Source of the DNA: Rhodospirillales bacterium | GTDB taxonomy: Bacteria; Pseudomonadota; Alphaproteobacteria; Kiloniellales; JAKSDN01 | NCBI GenBank assembly: GCA_029859805.1 | Contig: JAOUCL010000001.1 | Location: 1,300-65,299 of the forward strand | Direction: 5' to 3' | DNA length: 64,000 nt | Shown here: positions 52,293-61,393 of the stretch, in pieces | Position numbering within the stretch: position 1 is the first letter of the stretch | Layout of the letters: each line of letters opens with the position of its first letter | Notes under the pieces: model-generated | Told to the model about the DNA's origin: nothing | Seen by the model: the letters and a program-made list of their open reading frames with translations, nothing else | The model's database searches: none | Program-made: the position numbers and the translations under genes

Positions 52293-53722
52293 ATCGTGGC
52301 TTCCGAAAGGCCATCGCCCGAATCCGCGGCGCCACTGTGGACCGCGGGCCTGCCGCACCGGCCGCCAGCCAGGCTGCCGGCCAAGCTGTTCGGGTGCCCG
52401 GACCCGATGTGCGCCTCCACGATCCGGCCCAGCAGTCGCGGTGGCGCGGCAAGGTGAACCGCCTGCATGTAGGGGCTGCGACCGACGAGTTGCCCGGCGC
52501 GGCGTCCCGTTCGCTCCAGTAGAACCGCCATGGTGTGCCCTTCGCTCGCCCGATTGAAGGCCGCCTGTTGTTCGTTCAACAGGGTTTGAAGCATGGCCAG
52601 GCGCTCGTTCTTCACGGCGTCCGGCACCTGCACTTCGGCCAACGCCGCCGGGGTGCCGGGGCGCGGCGAGTACTTGAACGAATAGGCCTGGGCGAAGCCG
52701 ATCTCGGTGACAAGGCGCAGGGTCTCGGCAAAATCGCGGGCTGTCTCGCCTGGAAACCCGACGATGAAATCCGACGACAACGCCAAGTCCGGACGGGCGG
52801 CCCGTAGCCGTTTCACGACGCGGCGATAGTCGTCGGCCGAATGGCGCCTGTTCATGGCCGCCAGGATCCGGTCCGATCCCGACTGGATCGGCAGGTGCAA
52901 GTAGGGCATGAGCTTGCCCACGTCACCGTGGGCAGCGACCAGATCGTCATCCATATCGCGCGGGTGCGACGTGGTGTAACGCAGACGTTCGAGGCCGTCG
53001 ATCTGCGCCAGACGCCGGATCAACCGGCCGAGACCATAGGTGTCGCGGCCGTCGGGCGCCGAACCATGGTAGGCGTTGACGTTCTGACCGAGCAGCGTGA
53101 TCTCCACTGCACCGGCGGCCACCAACCGTTCGGCCTCTGCCACGACCTCGCCCACAGGGCGCGAAAATTCGGCGCCGCGCGTGTAGGGCACGACACAGAA
53201 CGTGCAGAACTTGTCACAGCCCTCCTGCACCGAGAGAAAGGCGGCCGGTCCCCGGGAGGCCGCTTCCTCGGGCAGGTGGTCGAACTTCGATTCGACCGGA
53301 AAATCGGTCTCGAGAATTCCCGCACCGGGCACGGCCCCGAGCGCCCGTGCCACCAGTTCGGGCAGGAGATGGTAGGTCTGCGGGCCGAGAACGATGTCGA
53401 CCTGCGGCGCACGGCGCAGAACCTCGTCGCCTTCGGCTTGGCCCACACAGCCGGCGACCGCGATCAGCATGCGCCCGCCGAGGGTTTCCTTCTCGACCTT
53501 GAAGCCCTTCAGACGGCCCAGTTCAGAGAACACCTTCTCCGCTGCCTTTTCGCGGATATGGCAGGTATTCAGGATGACCAGATCCGCGTCCCGCGGCGTG
53601 ACCGAGATCTTGAAACCGAGCGGCGCCAAGACGTCCGCCATGCGCGCGGAGTCGTAGACGTTCATCTGGCAGCCGTACGTCTTGATGAAAAGTTTCTTGG
53701 TCAAAGCCGATTCACAAACCAC
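52289..53722 (-). CDS. miaB: tRNA-2-methylthio-N6-dimethylallyladenosine synthase
   Basis: 477 aa with an UPF0004 N-domain ([17 protein letters not shown]), the radical-SAM CxxxCxxC ([13 protein letters not shown]) and a TRAM domain. The C-terminal tail of about 25 aa is unusually long. Confidence 0.93.
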   Translation of the reverse strand: MVCESALTKKLFIKTYGCQMNVYDSARMADVLAPLGFKISVTPRDADLVILNTCHIREKAAEKVFSELGRLKGFKVEKETLGGRMLIAVAGCVGQAEGDEVLRRAPQVDIVLGPQTYHLLPELVARALGAVPGAGILETDFPVESKFDHLPEEAASRGPAAFLSVQEGCDKFCTFCVVPYTRGAEFSRPVGEVVAEAERLVAAGAVEITLLGQNVNAYHGSAPDGRDTYGLGRLIRRLAQIDGLERLRYTTSHPRDMDDDLVAAHGDVGKLMPYLHLPIQSGSDRILAAMNRRHSADDYRRVVKRLRAARPDLALSSDFIVGFPGETARDFAETLRLVTEIGFAQAYSFKYSPRPGTPAALAEVQVPDAVKNERLAMLQTLLNEQQAAFNRASEGHTMAVLLERTGRRAGQLVGRSPYMQAVHLAAPPRLLGRIVEAHIGSGHPNSLAGSLAGGRCGRPAVHSGAADSGDGLSEATI

Positions 53723-53941
53723 TGGGCCGGTGGCGGAAGGCCGTGGCCAAGCGGTCCCGCTTCGTCTCGAATCCGCACTGTCGCTTCAGTGCCATGTCCA
53801 ACATCCTGGACTTTGTCCCGGACTTCGACCGGTTGACCGCCCGCCGCCTTGCCGAAGCCCATCCGGCTGCTCTGCCTGCCCGCTGCCTCTCCTTGATCGG
53901 CGCTGAGTTCTCGAGTGCTCGGCACGAAGACGCAAATTTCG

Positions 53942-54403
53942 TCATCCGTTTCGCTTGGCTGGACGGTTTTGCCTGGATTCGCGCCCGGGAGTTTCCGGGT
54001 CGATTTTCGTGCCGTACAGCTCAAGACGGTGGCCAACTAACCGGTAGCCCAGCTTCTTCGCCACCAGCTGCTGCAGACTCTCGATTTCGTCGTTGCGGAA
54101 CTCGATGACTTCGCCCGAATTCACATCGATCAGGTGGTCGTGGTGGCCTTCGGAAGCCTTTTCATAGCGTGCACGCCCATCGCCGAAATCATGCCGCTCC
54201 AGAATACTCGCCTCCTCGAACAACTTCACTGTGCGATAGACCGTGGCGATTGAAATTCGCGAGTCGACTTCGGCGGCCCGCCGATAGAGCAACTCCACAT
54301 CCGGATGGTCGGTGGCCTCCGATAGGACTCGCGCGATGACCCGACGTTGCTCGGTCATCTTGAGGCCCTTCTCGGCACAGAGTTGTTCGATCCGCGAAGT
54401 CAT
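53942..54403 (-). CDS. fur: Fur family metal-uptake regulator (Fur/Mur type without CxxC structural site)
   Basis: Track ORF trimmed to MTSRIEQLCAEKGLKMTEQRRVIARVL (153 aa). It has ISIATVYRTVKLF and HHDHLIDVNSGEVIEF, with Cys replaced as in alphaproteobacterial Fur/Mur. Confidence 0.85.
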   Translation of the reverse strand: MTSRIEQLCAEKGLKMTEQRRVIARVLSEATDHPDVELLYRRAAEVDSRISIATVYRTVKLFEEASILERHDFGDGRARYEKASEGHHDHLIDVNSGEVIEFRNDEIESLQQLVAKKLGYRLVGHRLELYGTKIDPETPGRESRQNRPAKRNG

Positions 54404-54487
54404 CGCTCCGTCGCAAAGAGGTGGGCCCAATCTTGCGCGTATAGCCAAGCAGACGCCCCTTGGCACCGGTTCTCCGGCCGCAAGGGG

Positions 54488-54904
54488 TCAGGCTCGCTTT
54501 CGTCGGGCTCGTGTGCCAAGGCCAATCTGCTTTGCGAGCTTCGAGCGTTGCTTCGCATAGTTCGGCGCCACCATCGGGTAATCCGCCGCCAACCCCCAGC
54601 GCTCGCGGTACTCTTCCGGCGTCATGTTGTAGGCCGTCTTGAGGTGGCGTTTCAGCATCTTCAGCTTTTTCCCGTCCTCAAGACAAACAATGTGATCCGG
54701 CGTCACCGATTTCTTCACCGGAACCGCCGGGGTCGGGCGCTCGGCCTCCAGGTCGCCGCCACCCTCGACGGTCGATAACGTCTGATAGACGTCCCGAATG
54801 AGTTGCGGAAGATCGGTGACCGGGACCGAGTGGTTTGACACATGTGCCGCCACGATACTGGTCGTTAGAGATAGAATCTCGCCAAGTTTTGTCTGTTCTG
54901 TCAT
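54488..54904 (-). CDS. mucR: MucR/Ros family zinc-finger transcriptional regulator
   Basis: 138 aa. The Ros/MucR signature is IVCLEDGKKLKMLKRHLKTAYNMTPEEYRERWGLAADYPMVAPNYA. Confidence 0.9.
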   Translation of the reverse strand: MTEQTKLGEILSLTTSIVAAHVSNHSVPVTDLPQLIRDVYQTLSTVEGGGDLEAERPTPAVPVKKSVTPDHIVCLEDGKKLKMLKRHLKTAYNMTPEEYRERWGLAADYPMVAPNYAKQRSKLAKQIGLGTRARRKRA

Positions 54905-55130
54905 AGCCCTCTAGCGCCCCATTTCACTGCTTCGGCTCTATATGGGATTTATTATATCCAAAAACAACTGAACAATACAAACAAATAAACAGCAATGCTA
55001 GTCGGCCCAGTGGATCGGCGTCTACTAGCGCCTGCTTTGCACATGGTCCTCCAGGCCAAGGATAGCGCCAATCCCGGACCGCAATGCTTGCCGTGGCCGG
55101 ACACCGGCCCTCCATGCCAACGGCCGCGGG

Positions 55131-55595
55131 TCAGGGCAGGTCGCGGCTGAGCACCAGGGCCGCGATTTCCGTGGATCCCGCGCGACGGTAGTAGTCGCCC
55201 CGCCGGCCCGTGACGGTGAAGCCCTCGACCGCATAGAGGTGCCGCGCCACCGAGTTGTCCTCCGCCACCTCGAGGTGAACGGCCCGTGCCCTGGATGCAT
55301 TCGCGAAGCGGAGAGCCGCCCGCAGCAACTCGCGACCCAGGCCGCTTTGCCGGGAGGCGCGCCGGACGCCCAGAGACAGAATCTCGCATTCGTCCGCAGC
55401 CACGCGCGCCAGCACGAAACCCCCGGGTACCTCGTGCTCCAAGGCGATGAAGCCGTAGGCTCCGGGCAGGGCAAGGATCTCGGTCACCGCACGCTCGTCC
55501 CAACGCGCTTCGTCGAAACATTCGGCATGCAGCAGCGAAATCACCGCCGCGTCGAATAGCCCCACCGGTCGGATCGCGGTTTCGGCGCCGGTCAT
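55131..55595 (-). CDS. rimI: Ribosomal-protein-alanine N-acetyltransferase (GNAT)
   Basis: 154 aa GNAT (RQSGLGRELLRAAL). It overlaps tsaB by 4 nt in the conserved tsaB-rimI arrangement. Confidence 0.8.
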   Translation of the reverse strand: MTGAETAIRPVGLFDAAVISLLHAECFDEARWDERAVTEILALPGAYGFIALEHEVPGGFVLARVAADECEILSLGVRRASRQSGLGRELLRAALRFANASRARAVHLEVAEDNSVARHLYAVEGFTVTGRRGDYYRRAGSTEIAALVLSRDLP

Positions 55596-56290
55596 GACCT
55601 GCGCGGGCCGGCGGGCAAGGTCACGTCCGGCGGTCGCAGATAGAGCGGGACGGGCACTTGAGCACCCGGCCCGGGCAGGGACAAGGCCGCTGCCAGCTCG
55701 GCAACCCGCGCCGCATCGGCGTGCCCCGGAGCCGTGGAAACCAGAAGGTCGCCGCCCCGCGCTTCGGCCAGCTCGCGATACCCCTGGGCGACCCCGTCCC
55801 CGGCAAGCACCAGCGGGCCGGCCGGCAGACGGCTGGCCAAGTCCTCGGGCGGCAGGGATGCGGGCTCGGCCAATGGCGCCAAGTCTGCGCCGAAAGCCTG
55901 CACGTAGAGATCGGCACGCTTGGCATCGAGCAGCACCGCCAGCCGACGGCCCCGCCGCTCTTCCGCCGTGACGGCGGCGCCCACCGCCGCGAAGCTGCTG
56001 ACTCCCAGAACCGGGCGGCCACAGGCCAGCGCCAGCCCGCGGGCCGTGGCCAGACCGATGCGCACCCCGGTAAATCCGCCCGGCCCCAAGGTTACCGCGA
56101 TGGCCTCAAGCCCCGGGTATTCCAGGCCCGCCTCCGCCATGACGGCCTGGATCATCGGGACAAGCCGCTCGGATTGGCCGCGCCGCATGGCCTCGAAGCG
56201 CCGCGCCAGGACATAGCCGTCCGCCCAGACAGCCGCCGAGCAGGCGGATCCAGCAGCATCGAGTGCCAAGAGGCGGCGCGCCCTTGCCAA
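55592..56290 (-). CDS. tsaB: tRNA threonylcarbamoyladenosine biosynthesis protein TsaB
   Basis: 232 aa with the YeaZ/TsaB pattern LLALDAAGSACSAAV...IAVTLGPGGFTGVRIGLATARGLA. Confidence 0.85.
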   Translation of the reverse strand: MARARRLLALDAAGSACSAAVWADGYVLARRFEAMRRGQSERLVPMIQAVMAEAGLEYPGLEAIAVTLGPGGFTGVRIGLATARGLALACGRPVLGVSSFAAVGAAVTAEERRGRRLAVLLDAKRADLYVQAFGADLAPLAEPASLPPEDLASRLPAGPLVLAGDGVAQGYRELAEARGGDLLVSTAPGHADAARVAELAAALSLPGPGAQVPVPLYLRPPDVTLPAGPRRS

Positions 56291-56397
56291 AAGCCGGCGG
56301 CCTCAGCCGTGCGCCTTCGTCAGGCGGTCGGCTTGATGCATCTGCTCCGCCTTCCCTTCTGGGTTCTCGATGTCCCGGCCCGACTCCCGATCGACCC

Positions 56398-56991
56398 TTA
56401 CACCACCTGGCAAGCCTCGTCGAAATCGAGGCGTGGCGCACGCGGGCGCAGCTGGTCGTGATCCCCATGCCCCAGGTTGCACAGGAAGTTCGATTTGATT
56501 TTCCCATCCGGGAAGAACTCCCGGTCGACGGCCTCGTTGTCGAAGCCCGACATCGGTCCGCAGTCGAGCCCAAGTGCGCGCGCCGCCATGATGAAATAGG
56601 CGCCCTGCAGGCTGCCGTTGCGGAACGCCGTGTCCCGGATGTGCTCCGGCGGCTTGCCGACGAACCAGGCGCGTGCGTCGGTGTGCGGGAACAGCTTGGG
56701 CAGACGTTCGAAGAACTCCAGGTCATGGGCGATGATCGCCGTAGCCGGTGCGGCCATGGTCTTAGCGACGTTGCCCTCGGCCAGCGCGGGTTTGAGCCGC
56801 GCCTTCGCCTCCGGCGAACGCACGTAGACCACACGCATGGGGCTGCAGTTGGCGCTGGTCGGCGCCATCTTCGCCAGATCGTAGACCGCTTCCAGAAGCA
56901 CGTCGCTGACCCCCTGGTCGAGCCAAGCCGTATGGGTGCGGGCGTTCCGGAACATTTGATCCAAGCTCGCGTCGCTCAGGATATTGCTCAC
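56398..56991 (-). CDS. Nitroreductase family protein, RutE/YdjA-like (malonic semialdehyde reductase-like)
   Basis: 197 aa. It starts [30 protein letters not shown], followed by [14 protein letters not shown] and CGPMSGFD, which resembles the RutE subfamily. Confidence 0.75.
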   Translation of the reverse strand: MSNILSDASLDQMFRNARTHTAWLDQGVSDVLLEAVYDLAKMAPTSANCSPMRVVYVRSPEAKARLKPALAEGNVAKTMAAPATAIIAHDLEFFERLPKLFPHTDARAWFVGKPPEHIRDTAFRNGSLQGAYFIMAARALGLDCGPMSGFDNEAVDREFFPDGKIKSNFLCNLGHGDHDQLRPRAPRLDFDEACQVV

Positions 56992-57091
56992 CGTTGTCCC
57001 TCTCGTCTGTCGCGCGCGGCCGATCGCCGAACTCCGACCGCAATGTTAAATTGGACCGCCCGGTCGCGCCCGGCAAGCCCCCTAATGTCCC

Positions 57092-57125
57092 GAATCCGAA
57101 ATTCGATCGATCGAATTTCGGATTC
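57092..57125. repeat. 34-bp perfect palindrome GAATCCGAAATTCGATC|GATCGAATTTCGGATTC
   Basis: Verified base by base. It is extended by GTCCC/GGGAC flanks (57087-57133). It lies in the divergent intergenic region between the nitroreductase-like gene and the deacetylase gene. Confidence 0.9.
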
Positions 57126-57168
57126 AAAGGGACACTAACTGTCGGATTCTGGTGTGATTCAGCTGCCA

Positions 57169-57197
57169 AAGTTCGTCACGTCGAATGTGACGAACTT
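57169..57197. repeat. Second perfect inverted repeat, 11-bp arms (AAGTTCGTCAC - 7 nt - GTGACGAACTT)
   Basis: Read directly. It lies 36 nt from the first palindrome, with two further GATTC motifs (57145, 57156) in between. Confidence 0.85.
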
Positions 57198-57313
57198 CGA
57201 AACCATCACGCCAGCGAAGCTTTGTGCCACGGGCCGCGCATCTTGAGCCTGCTGTCAGGCCGAGGGTAAAGTGCGCCCGGGCAACCGCCGGCTTATTCAG
57301 GACCGCCACAACT

Positions 57314-58375
57314 ATGCAGAACGCGACCGCCACACTCCGGCGCTGGACCGCCGCCCTGTTTGTCGCCGGCCATGTCTGGCCCGGGGCCGGGGCCGATGTC
57401 TCGGCAACCGAGCCCGCGGCGGATAACGGCGCCGTTGTGGTCATGTACCACCGCTTCGGCGAGGACCGCTATGCTGCCACGAATATCGGACTCGACCAGT
57501 TCGACAGTCACATCGAAGAACTCACGTCAGGGCGTTACAACGTCCTGCCACTGCCCGAGATCGTGGCCGCGCTGGCCGCCGGGCGCAAGCTGCCGGCGCG
57601 CAGCCTCGCGATTACCATCGACGACGCCTTCCTGTCGGTCTACACCCAGGCTTGGCCTCGACTGCGGGAGGCAGGCCTGCCCTTCACGCTGTTCGTCGCC
57701 ACAGAGCCGGTGGACCGCAATTATCCGGGCTATATGAGCTGGGTCCAGCTTCGCGAGATGGTCGCCGCCGGCGGCGTGACGATCGCCGCCCACGGTGTCA
57801 CGCATCGCAGCATGATCGGACAATCGATGGCGGAAACCCGCCGGGAAATCGCCCGTGGCAGAGCGGAGATTCGTGAGCAACTCGGCGTCACCCCGGAACT
57901 TTTCGCCTATCCTTTTGGCGAGTACGGGCGGGCCTTGCGCGATCTTGTGGCGGAACTGGGCTTCACGGCCGCGTTCGGGCAGCATTCCGGCGCCATAGCC
58001 CGAACCACCGACCGCTACGCGTTGCCGCGCTTTCCGCTCAACGAGTCCTACGGCGACCTCCAGCGCTTTCGCCTGGTGGCAAACTCCCTGCCCATGCCCA
58101 CGGTCGACGTCACGCCGAACGACCCGCTGTTGAGCGCCGCAAACAACCCGCCGCCCTACGGATTTACGGTGCTGGAGGGCTTCGGCAATCTGGAGAGGAT
58201 CGCCTGCTATGCCATCGGTCAGACGCTCGACATCGAGCAGCTGGGCAGCCGGCGGGTCGAGGTACGGCTCTCCGACGCGTTCAAGCCGGGCCGCAATCGG
58301 ATCAACTGCACCCTGCCGGGGCCGGAGGGCCGCTGGCGCTGGCTTGGACGCCAGTTCTACGTGCCAAGTGGCTAG
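57314..58375 (+). CDS. Secreted polysaccharide deacetylase (NodB homology domain) with extra C-terminal domain
   Basis: Track ORF trimmed to MQNATATLRRWTAALFVAG (signal-like). NodB motifs are present: ITIDDAF, TLFVATEPV and AAHGVTHRSM. The C-terminal domain of about 110 aa is unassigned. Confidence 0.75.
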   Translation: MQNATATLRRWTAALFVAGHVWPGAGADVSATEPAADNGAVVVMYHRFGEDRYAATNIGLDQFDSHIEELTSGRYNVLPLPEIVAALAAGRKLPARSLAITIDDAFLSVYTQAWPRLREAGLPFTLFVATEPVDRNYPGYMSWVQLREMVAAGGVTIAAHGVTHRSMIGQSMAETRREIARGRAEIREQLGVTPELFAYPFGEYGRALRDLVAELGFTAAFGQHSGAIARTTDRYALPRFPLNESYGDLQRFRLVANSLPMPTVDVTPNDPLLSAANNPPPYGFTVLEGFGNLERIACYAIGQTLDIEQLGSRRVEVRLSDAFKPGRNRINCTLPGPEGRWRWLGRQFYVPSG

Positions 58376-58378
58376 GCA

Positions 58379-59386
58379 TCAGCCGGCGACGCGCCGGGCC
58401 TTGGCTGTGGCCGATAGGCGCGCCCGCTCCAACGCGGCCAAGCCATTGACGCGCATGAGACCGCGCAGTTGAGCGACATAGGCTTCGCCCCGCTCGGAAT
58501 AGCCGAGCAGCGTTTCAGCCAGGGCATAGCCGTCGGCCGGTTGTCCGGCCGCACGCTGACGGGCCCTCGCCGCGCGCAGGGACGCGTAGGCGGGGTGCGT
58601 GTTCAGGTTGTGCATATAGGAACGCACGGCCCCCATGAGGTTCATATAGCTGCGCACCCGAAAGGTCTGGTCCCGGTCACGCCCGGCCGGCACCACGCCC
58701 GCCACCCTGTTTGCCCAGGTGCGCTGGCCGAAGAGCGCATTGCCGACGCGCGCGAAACGGGACGTGCCCCACCCGCTTTCCTCTATCGACTGCGCGAGCG
58801 CCAGGCTCACGGGCACCGCGTCGACGCGGCGCAGCAGCTCGTCGATGCCCTGGTCGGCAGAGACACTGTACCGGGCGCTCACCCGGCGCAGCCACGCCTC
58901 GTCGTCCTCGCTTGGGCCGCCGGGCTCGCGCATCCGCTCGCGCAGAGCCCGAATCCTCGCTCGGAGCTCGTACAATTCCTCGTTCGCCATCAGCACCAGG
59001 GGCAGCACAGAACTCAGGAAAAGCGCCTTGCGCTTTTCGGTCGGTGCCACCTGGGACAAATCCTCTGGCAAGGCGGTGACATAGACCCGTGGCACAGTGG
59101 CGCCGCCGCTGCGCACCGCTTTCAGATCGTAGTCGAGAGTTTCGAAGACCGACTGCAGATGTCCGGAATCGGCCGGACGCACCAAGCTCTGGACCGGAAG
59201 CCTCTCCGACCCGACCAAGCTTGGAATCCCGGCATGGGAACCGATGCTCGCCAGGTCCGCCTCGCTCGGAATCGTAGCCGCCACCCCAGCGGCAACCAGG
59301 GCCGCCAGGACACAGACGCCGCCAATGGTCGTGTACAGCACCCGGCCGGCCGGCGGCAGCAACGAATACTCGATATCTCGCCCCAT
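58379..59386 (-). CDS. Glucosaminidase-domain protein (Bax/FlgJ-like peptidoglycan hydrolase), N-terminal membrane anchor
   Basis: The 727-aa track ORF is a composite. The real gene starts at MGRDIEYSLLPPAGRVLYTTIGGVCVLAALVAAGV (335 aa). The glucosaminidase core is LALAQSIEESGWGTSRFARVGNALFGQ. Confidence 0.7.
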   Translation of the reverse strand: MGRDIEYSLLPPAGRVLYTTIGGVCVLAALVAAGVAATIPSEADLASIGSHAGIPSLVGSERLPVQSLVRPADSGHLQSVFETLDYDLKAVRSGGATVPRVYVTALPEDLSQVAPTEKRKALFLSSVLPLVLMANEELYELRARIRALRERMREPGGPSEDDEAWLRRVSARYSVSADQGIDELLRRVDAVPVSLALAQSIEESGWGTSRFARVGNALFGQRTWANRVAGVVPAGRDRDQTFRVRSYMNLMGAVRSYMHNLNTHPAYASLRAARARQRAAGQPADGYALAETLLGYSERGEAYVAQLRGLMRVNGLAALERARLSATAKARRVAG

Positions 59387-59460
59387 TCCCCCTGCCTGCC
59401 CCAGGCCGGTCCCTGGCCCGCCCTCGCCCCCGCGGCGCGGCCAGCCGTGGGGGTCACATC

Positions 59461-60018
59461 CTAGAGGACGGCGCGCACCTCGACGACTTCGGGAATGTAA
59501 TGACGAAGCATGTTCTCGATGCCCATCTTCAACGTGGCGGTCGAGCTTGGGCAGCCCGCGCAGGCTCCCTGCATGTGCAAGAGCACGACCCCGTTCTCGA
59601 AGCCGTGGAAGACGATGTCCCCACCGTCCTGGGCGACCGCCGGCCGGACCCGCGTATTGATCAGCTCCTTGATCTGCGCGACGACCTCGGAGTCCTCTTC
59701 GGAGTCCGACCCCTGCGTGCTCTGGTGCTCTTCGCCCAGGACGACCGGCCGGCCGGCCGTGAAGTGCTCCATGATGACGCCGAGGATGGCGGGCTTCAAG
59801 AGGTGCCACTCCCGATCGTCGGCCTTGGTCACGGTGATGAAATCGGAGCCGAGGAACACGCCGGTGAGGCCATCGACCTGGAACAGGCGCTCGGCGAGCG
59901 GCGAACGCGCCGCCGATTCGCGGTCCGGAAAATTCGCCGTCCCGCTCTGCATGACGTCGCGACCCGGTAGAAACTTGAGGGTCGCTGGGTTGGGCGTCGC
60001 TTCGGTCTGTATGAACAT
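59461..60018 (-). CDS. NifU/Nfu-type Fe-S cluster carrier (Nfu_N + NifU C-terminal domain)
   Basis: Starts MFIQTEATPNPATLKFLPGR (185 aa). The C-terminal CxxC is in GACAGCPSSTATLKMGIENML. Confidence 0.88.
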   Translation of the reverse strand: MFIQTEATPNPATLKFLPGRDVMQSGTANFPDRESAARSPLAERLFQVDGLTGVFLGSDFITVTKADDREWHLLKPAILGVIMEHFTAGRPVVLGEEHQSTQGSDSEEDSEVVAQIKELINTRVRPAVAQDGGDIVFHGFENGVVLLHMQGACAGCPSSTATLKMGIENMLRHYIPEVVEVRAVL

Positions 60019-60165
60019 CTTGCCTCTCCCGACGGGCTTGTCCTGGGGTCCATTCAATGTGGGTCAGGACAGGGCAAAGATCAAGCGCGCGGGCGAACGG
60101 TCGACTTCGGGCCCGAGGCGGCAGGGGCCACGCGGGGCCGCTGACAAACCGGGACCTGCACCAAA

Positions 60166-60651
60166 TCAGGAGATGCTGTCGATGTCCTCTTCGTCGAGGT
60201 TGCCCGGCACGATGGTCACCGGCACCCGGAGCTTGCCGACGAACTTGCCGGTCAGCGCCTCGATCAAGGGTCCGGGGCCGCGTTTGTCGATGCTGGCGCC
60301 CAGGACCAAGATCGAAATGCTGGGCTCCTCGTCGATCAGCTTCATCAGTTCCTCCCGGCGCGAGCCCTCGCGTACATAGAGCACCGGCAGCGTGCCGGTC
60401 AGCTCGTTGACCCGCGCCGCCAGCCTCTGCAACAGCTGTTCGCCTTCGTTGCGCGCCTCCTCGCGCATCAGGTCGCCAACCGCCATCCAGTGCTGGAAAT
60501 CCGTGGGCTCGACGACGAAGAGCAGCGCCACCCGCCCGCCGGTGTTGCTCGCCCGACGACAAGCGTAGCGCAGCGCAACGCCCATTTCCTCGCTGTCGTC
60601 GACAACGACGAGGAAGACACGGTCGTTGGAACTGCCGGGGCCGTCGTTCAT
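60166..60651 (-). CDS. Universal stress protein family protein
   Basis: Track ORF trimmed to MNDGPGSSNDRVFLVVVDDSEE (161 aa). A USP alpha/beta pattern is visible (ILVLGAS...GPGPLIEALTGK...VPVTIVPG). Confidence 0.7.
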   Translation of the reverse strand: MNDGPGSSNDRVFLVVVDDSEEMGVALRYACRRASNTGGRVALLFVVEPTDFQHWMAVGDLMREEARNEGEQLLQRLAARVNELTGTLPVLYVREGSRREELMKLIDEEPSISILVLGASIDKRGPGPLIEALTGKFVGKLRVPVTIVPGNLDEEDIDSIS

Positions 60652-60658
60652 CGCAGCT

Positions 60659-61393
60659 TCAAGCTCTCCGGAATGCAACGTGGGCCAGCCATCCTGCCAT
60701 CAGTGCCACAAGAATCGCAATGATGCCGTAGAGGGCGCTCTGGTCGTATGCAAAGTCGAAAATCTCCGCCTCCAAGCCGACTTTGCTCACGAAGAGCGGC
60801 GTCGTCTGGGCGCTCACGATCTGACCATCGCGCAGGAAATAGACCTTGGCCTCGTAGGTGCCGGTCGGGACATTGGCCGGCAGGGCCAGGCGGGCGCGGA
60901 ACAGGCGATCTCCGAGGAAGCCCACTCGCCCCACCTCCGCCGGGTAGAGGCCGGCACGCTGCTGGTTGCGTATCAGGGCTTCGCGCCAGTCCTGCGCCAC
61001 GTTCGGCGAGGCCTTCGCCCTCGGCAGATCGAGCCGCAGGTTCTCGACCCCCATCTCGTTGCGCGCCAGCACCGTCGGTGCCGCGATCTCTTCAAGCGGC
61101 CGCGTGCTCGCGATGGCGTAGTAGGCGGGCACATCCTCGAAGGTCATATGATCGGCGTTGACCCAAATTCCGAAGTGCCGGCTCTTGCGGTACATGATCA
61201 TCGGCCGCGTCGGGCCGCGCACGATGACGACGACGTCGCCCGGCTCGTCGACGGCCCCGAACAGCAGCACCTCGGCGCCGGCAAAGCCGGCGGTGATCGC
61301 CACCAGGTGCTCGGACAGGTCGACCACGATGGGGGCCGCGCGCAGCGGCGCGGCGGCGAACAGCACGGCCAGCAGGGCGACGACACGGATCAT
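60659..61393 (-). CDS. TIGR02186 / Alph_Pro_TM family protein (unknown function; signal peptide + C-terminal TM)
   Basis: 244 aa. It has the signal MIRVVALLAVLFAAAPLRA and a C-terminal TM (LYGIIAILVALMAGWLAHV). The ATG overlaps the upstream TauE-family stop (ATGA). The family call is from memory of this alphaproteobacterial gene pair. Confidence 0.6.
   Translation of the reverse strand: MIRVVALLAVLFAAAPLRAAPIVVDLSEHLVAITAGFAGAEVLLFGAVDEPGDVVVIVRGPTRPMIMYRKSRHFGIWVNADHMTFEDVPAYYAIASTRPLEEIAAPTVLARNEMGVENLRLDLPRAKASPNVAQDWREALIRNQQRAGLYPAEVGRVGFLGDRLFRARLALPANVPTGTYEAKVYFLRDGQIVSAQTTPLFVSKVGLEAEIFDFAYDQSALYGIIAILVALMAGWLAHVAFRRA

Noticed and set aside
53723-53941. The 219-bp gap between fur and miaB, with small ORFs (77 aa minus strand, 121 aa plus strand).
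   Set aside because: The ORFs overlap the fur 3' end or run antisense to it, and they have low-complexity basic composition. The gap is most simply the miaB promoter region. No convincing structure or motif was found.
56994-57444. Small ORFs on both strands across the palindromic region (91 aa plus strand; 106 and 135 aa minus strand) that share the peptide NPKFDRSNFGF.
   Set aside because: The shared peptide is a trivial consequence of translating a perfect DNA palindrome in both directions. There is no RBS and no coding signature.
58379-60562. A 727-aa minus-strand ORF that looks like one large protein.
   Set aside because: Only the C-terminal 335 aa (from MGRDIEY, 59386) look like a real protein, with a TM anchor and a glucosaminidase domain. 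The upstream part overlaps the nfu-like and usp genes in other frames and is Arg-rich nonsense.
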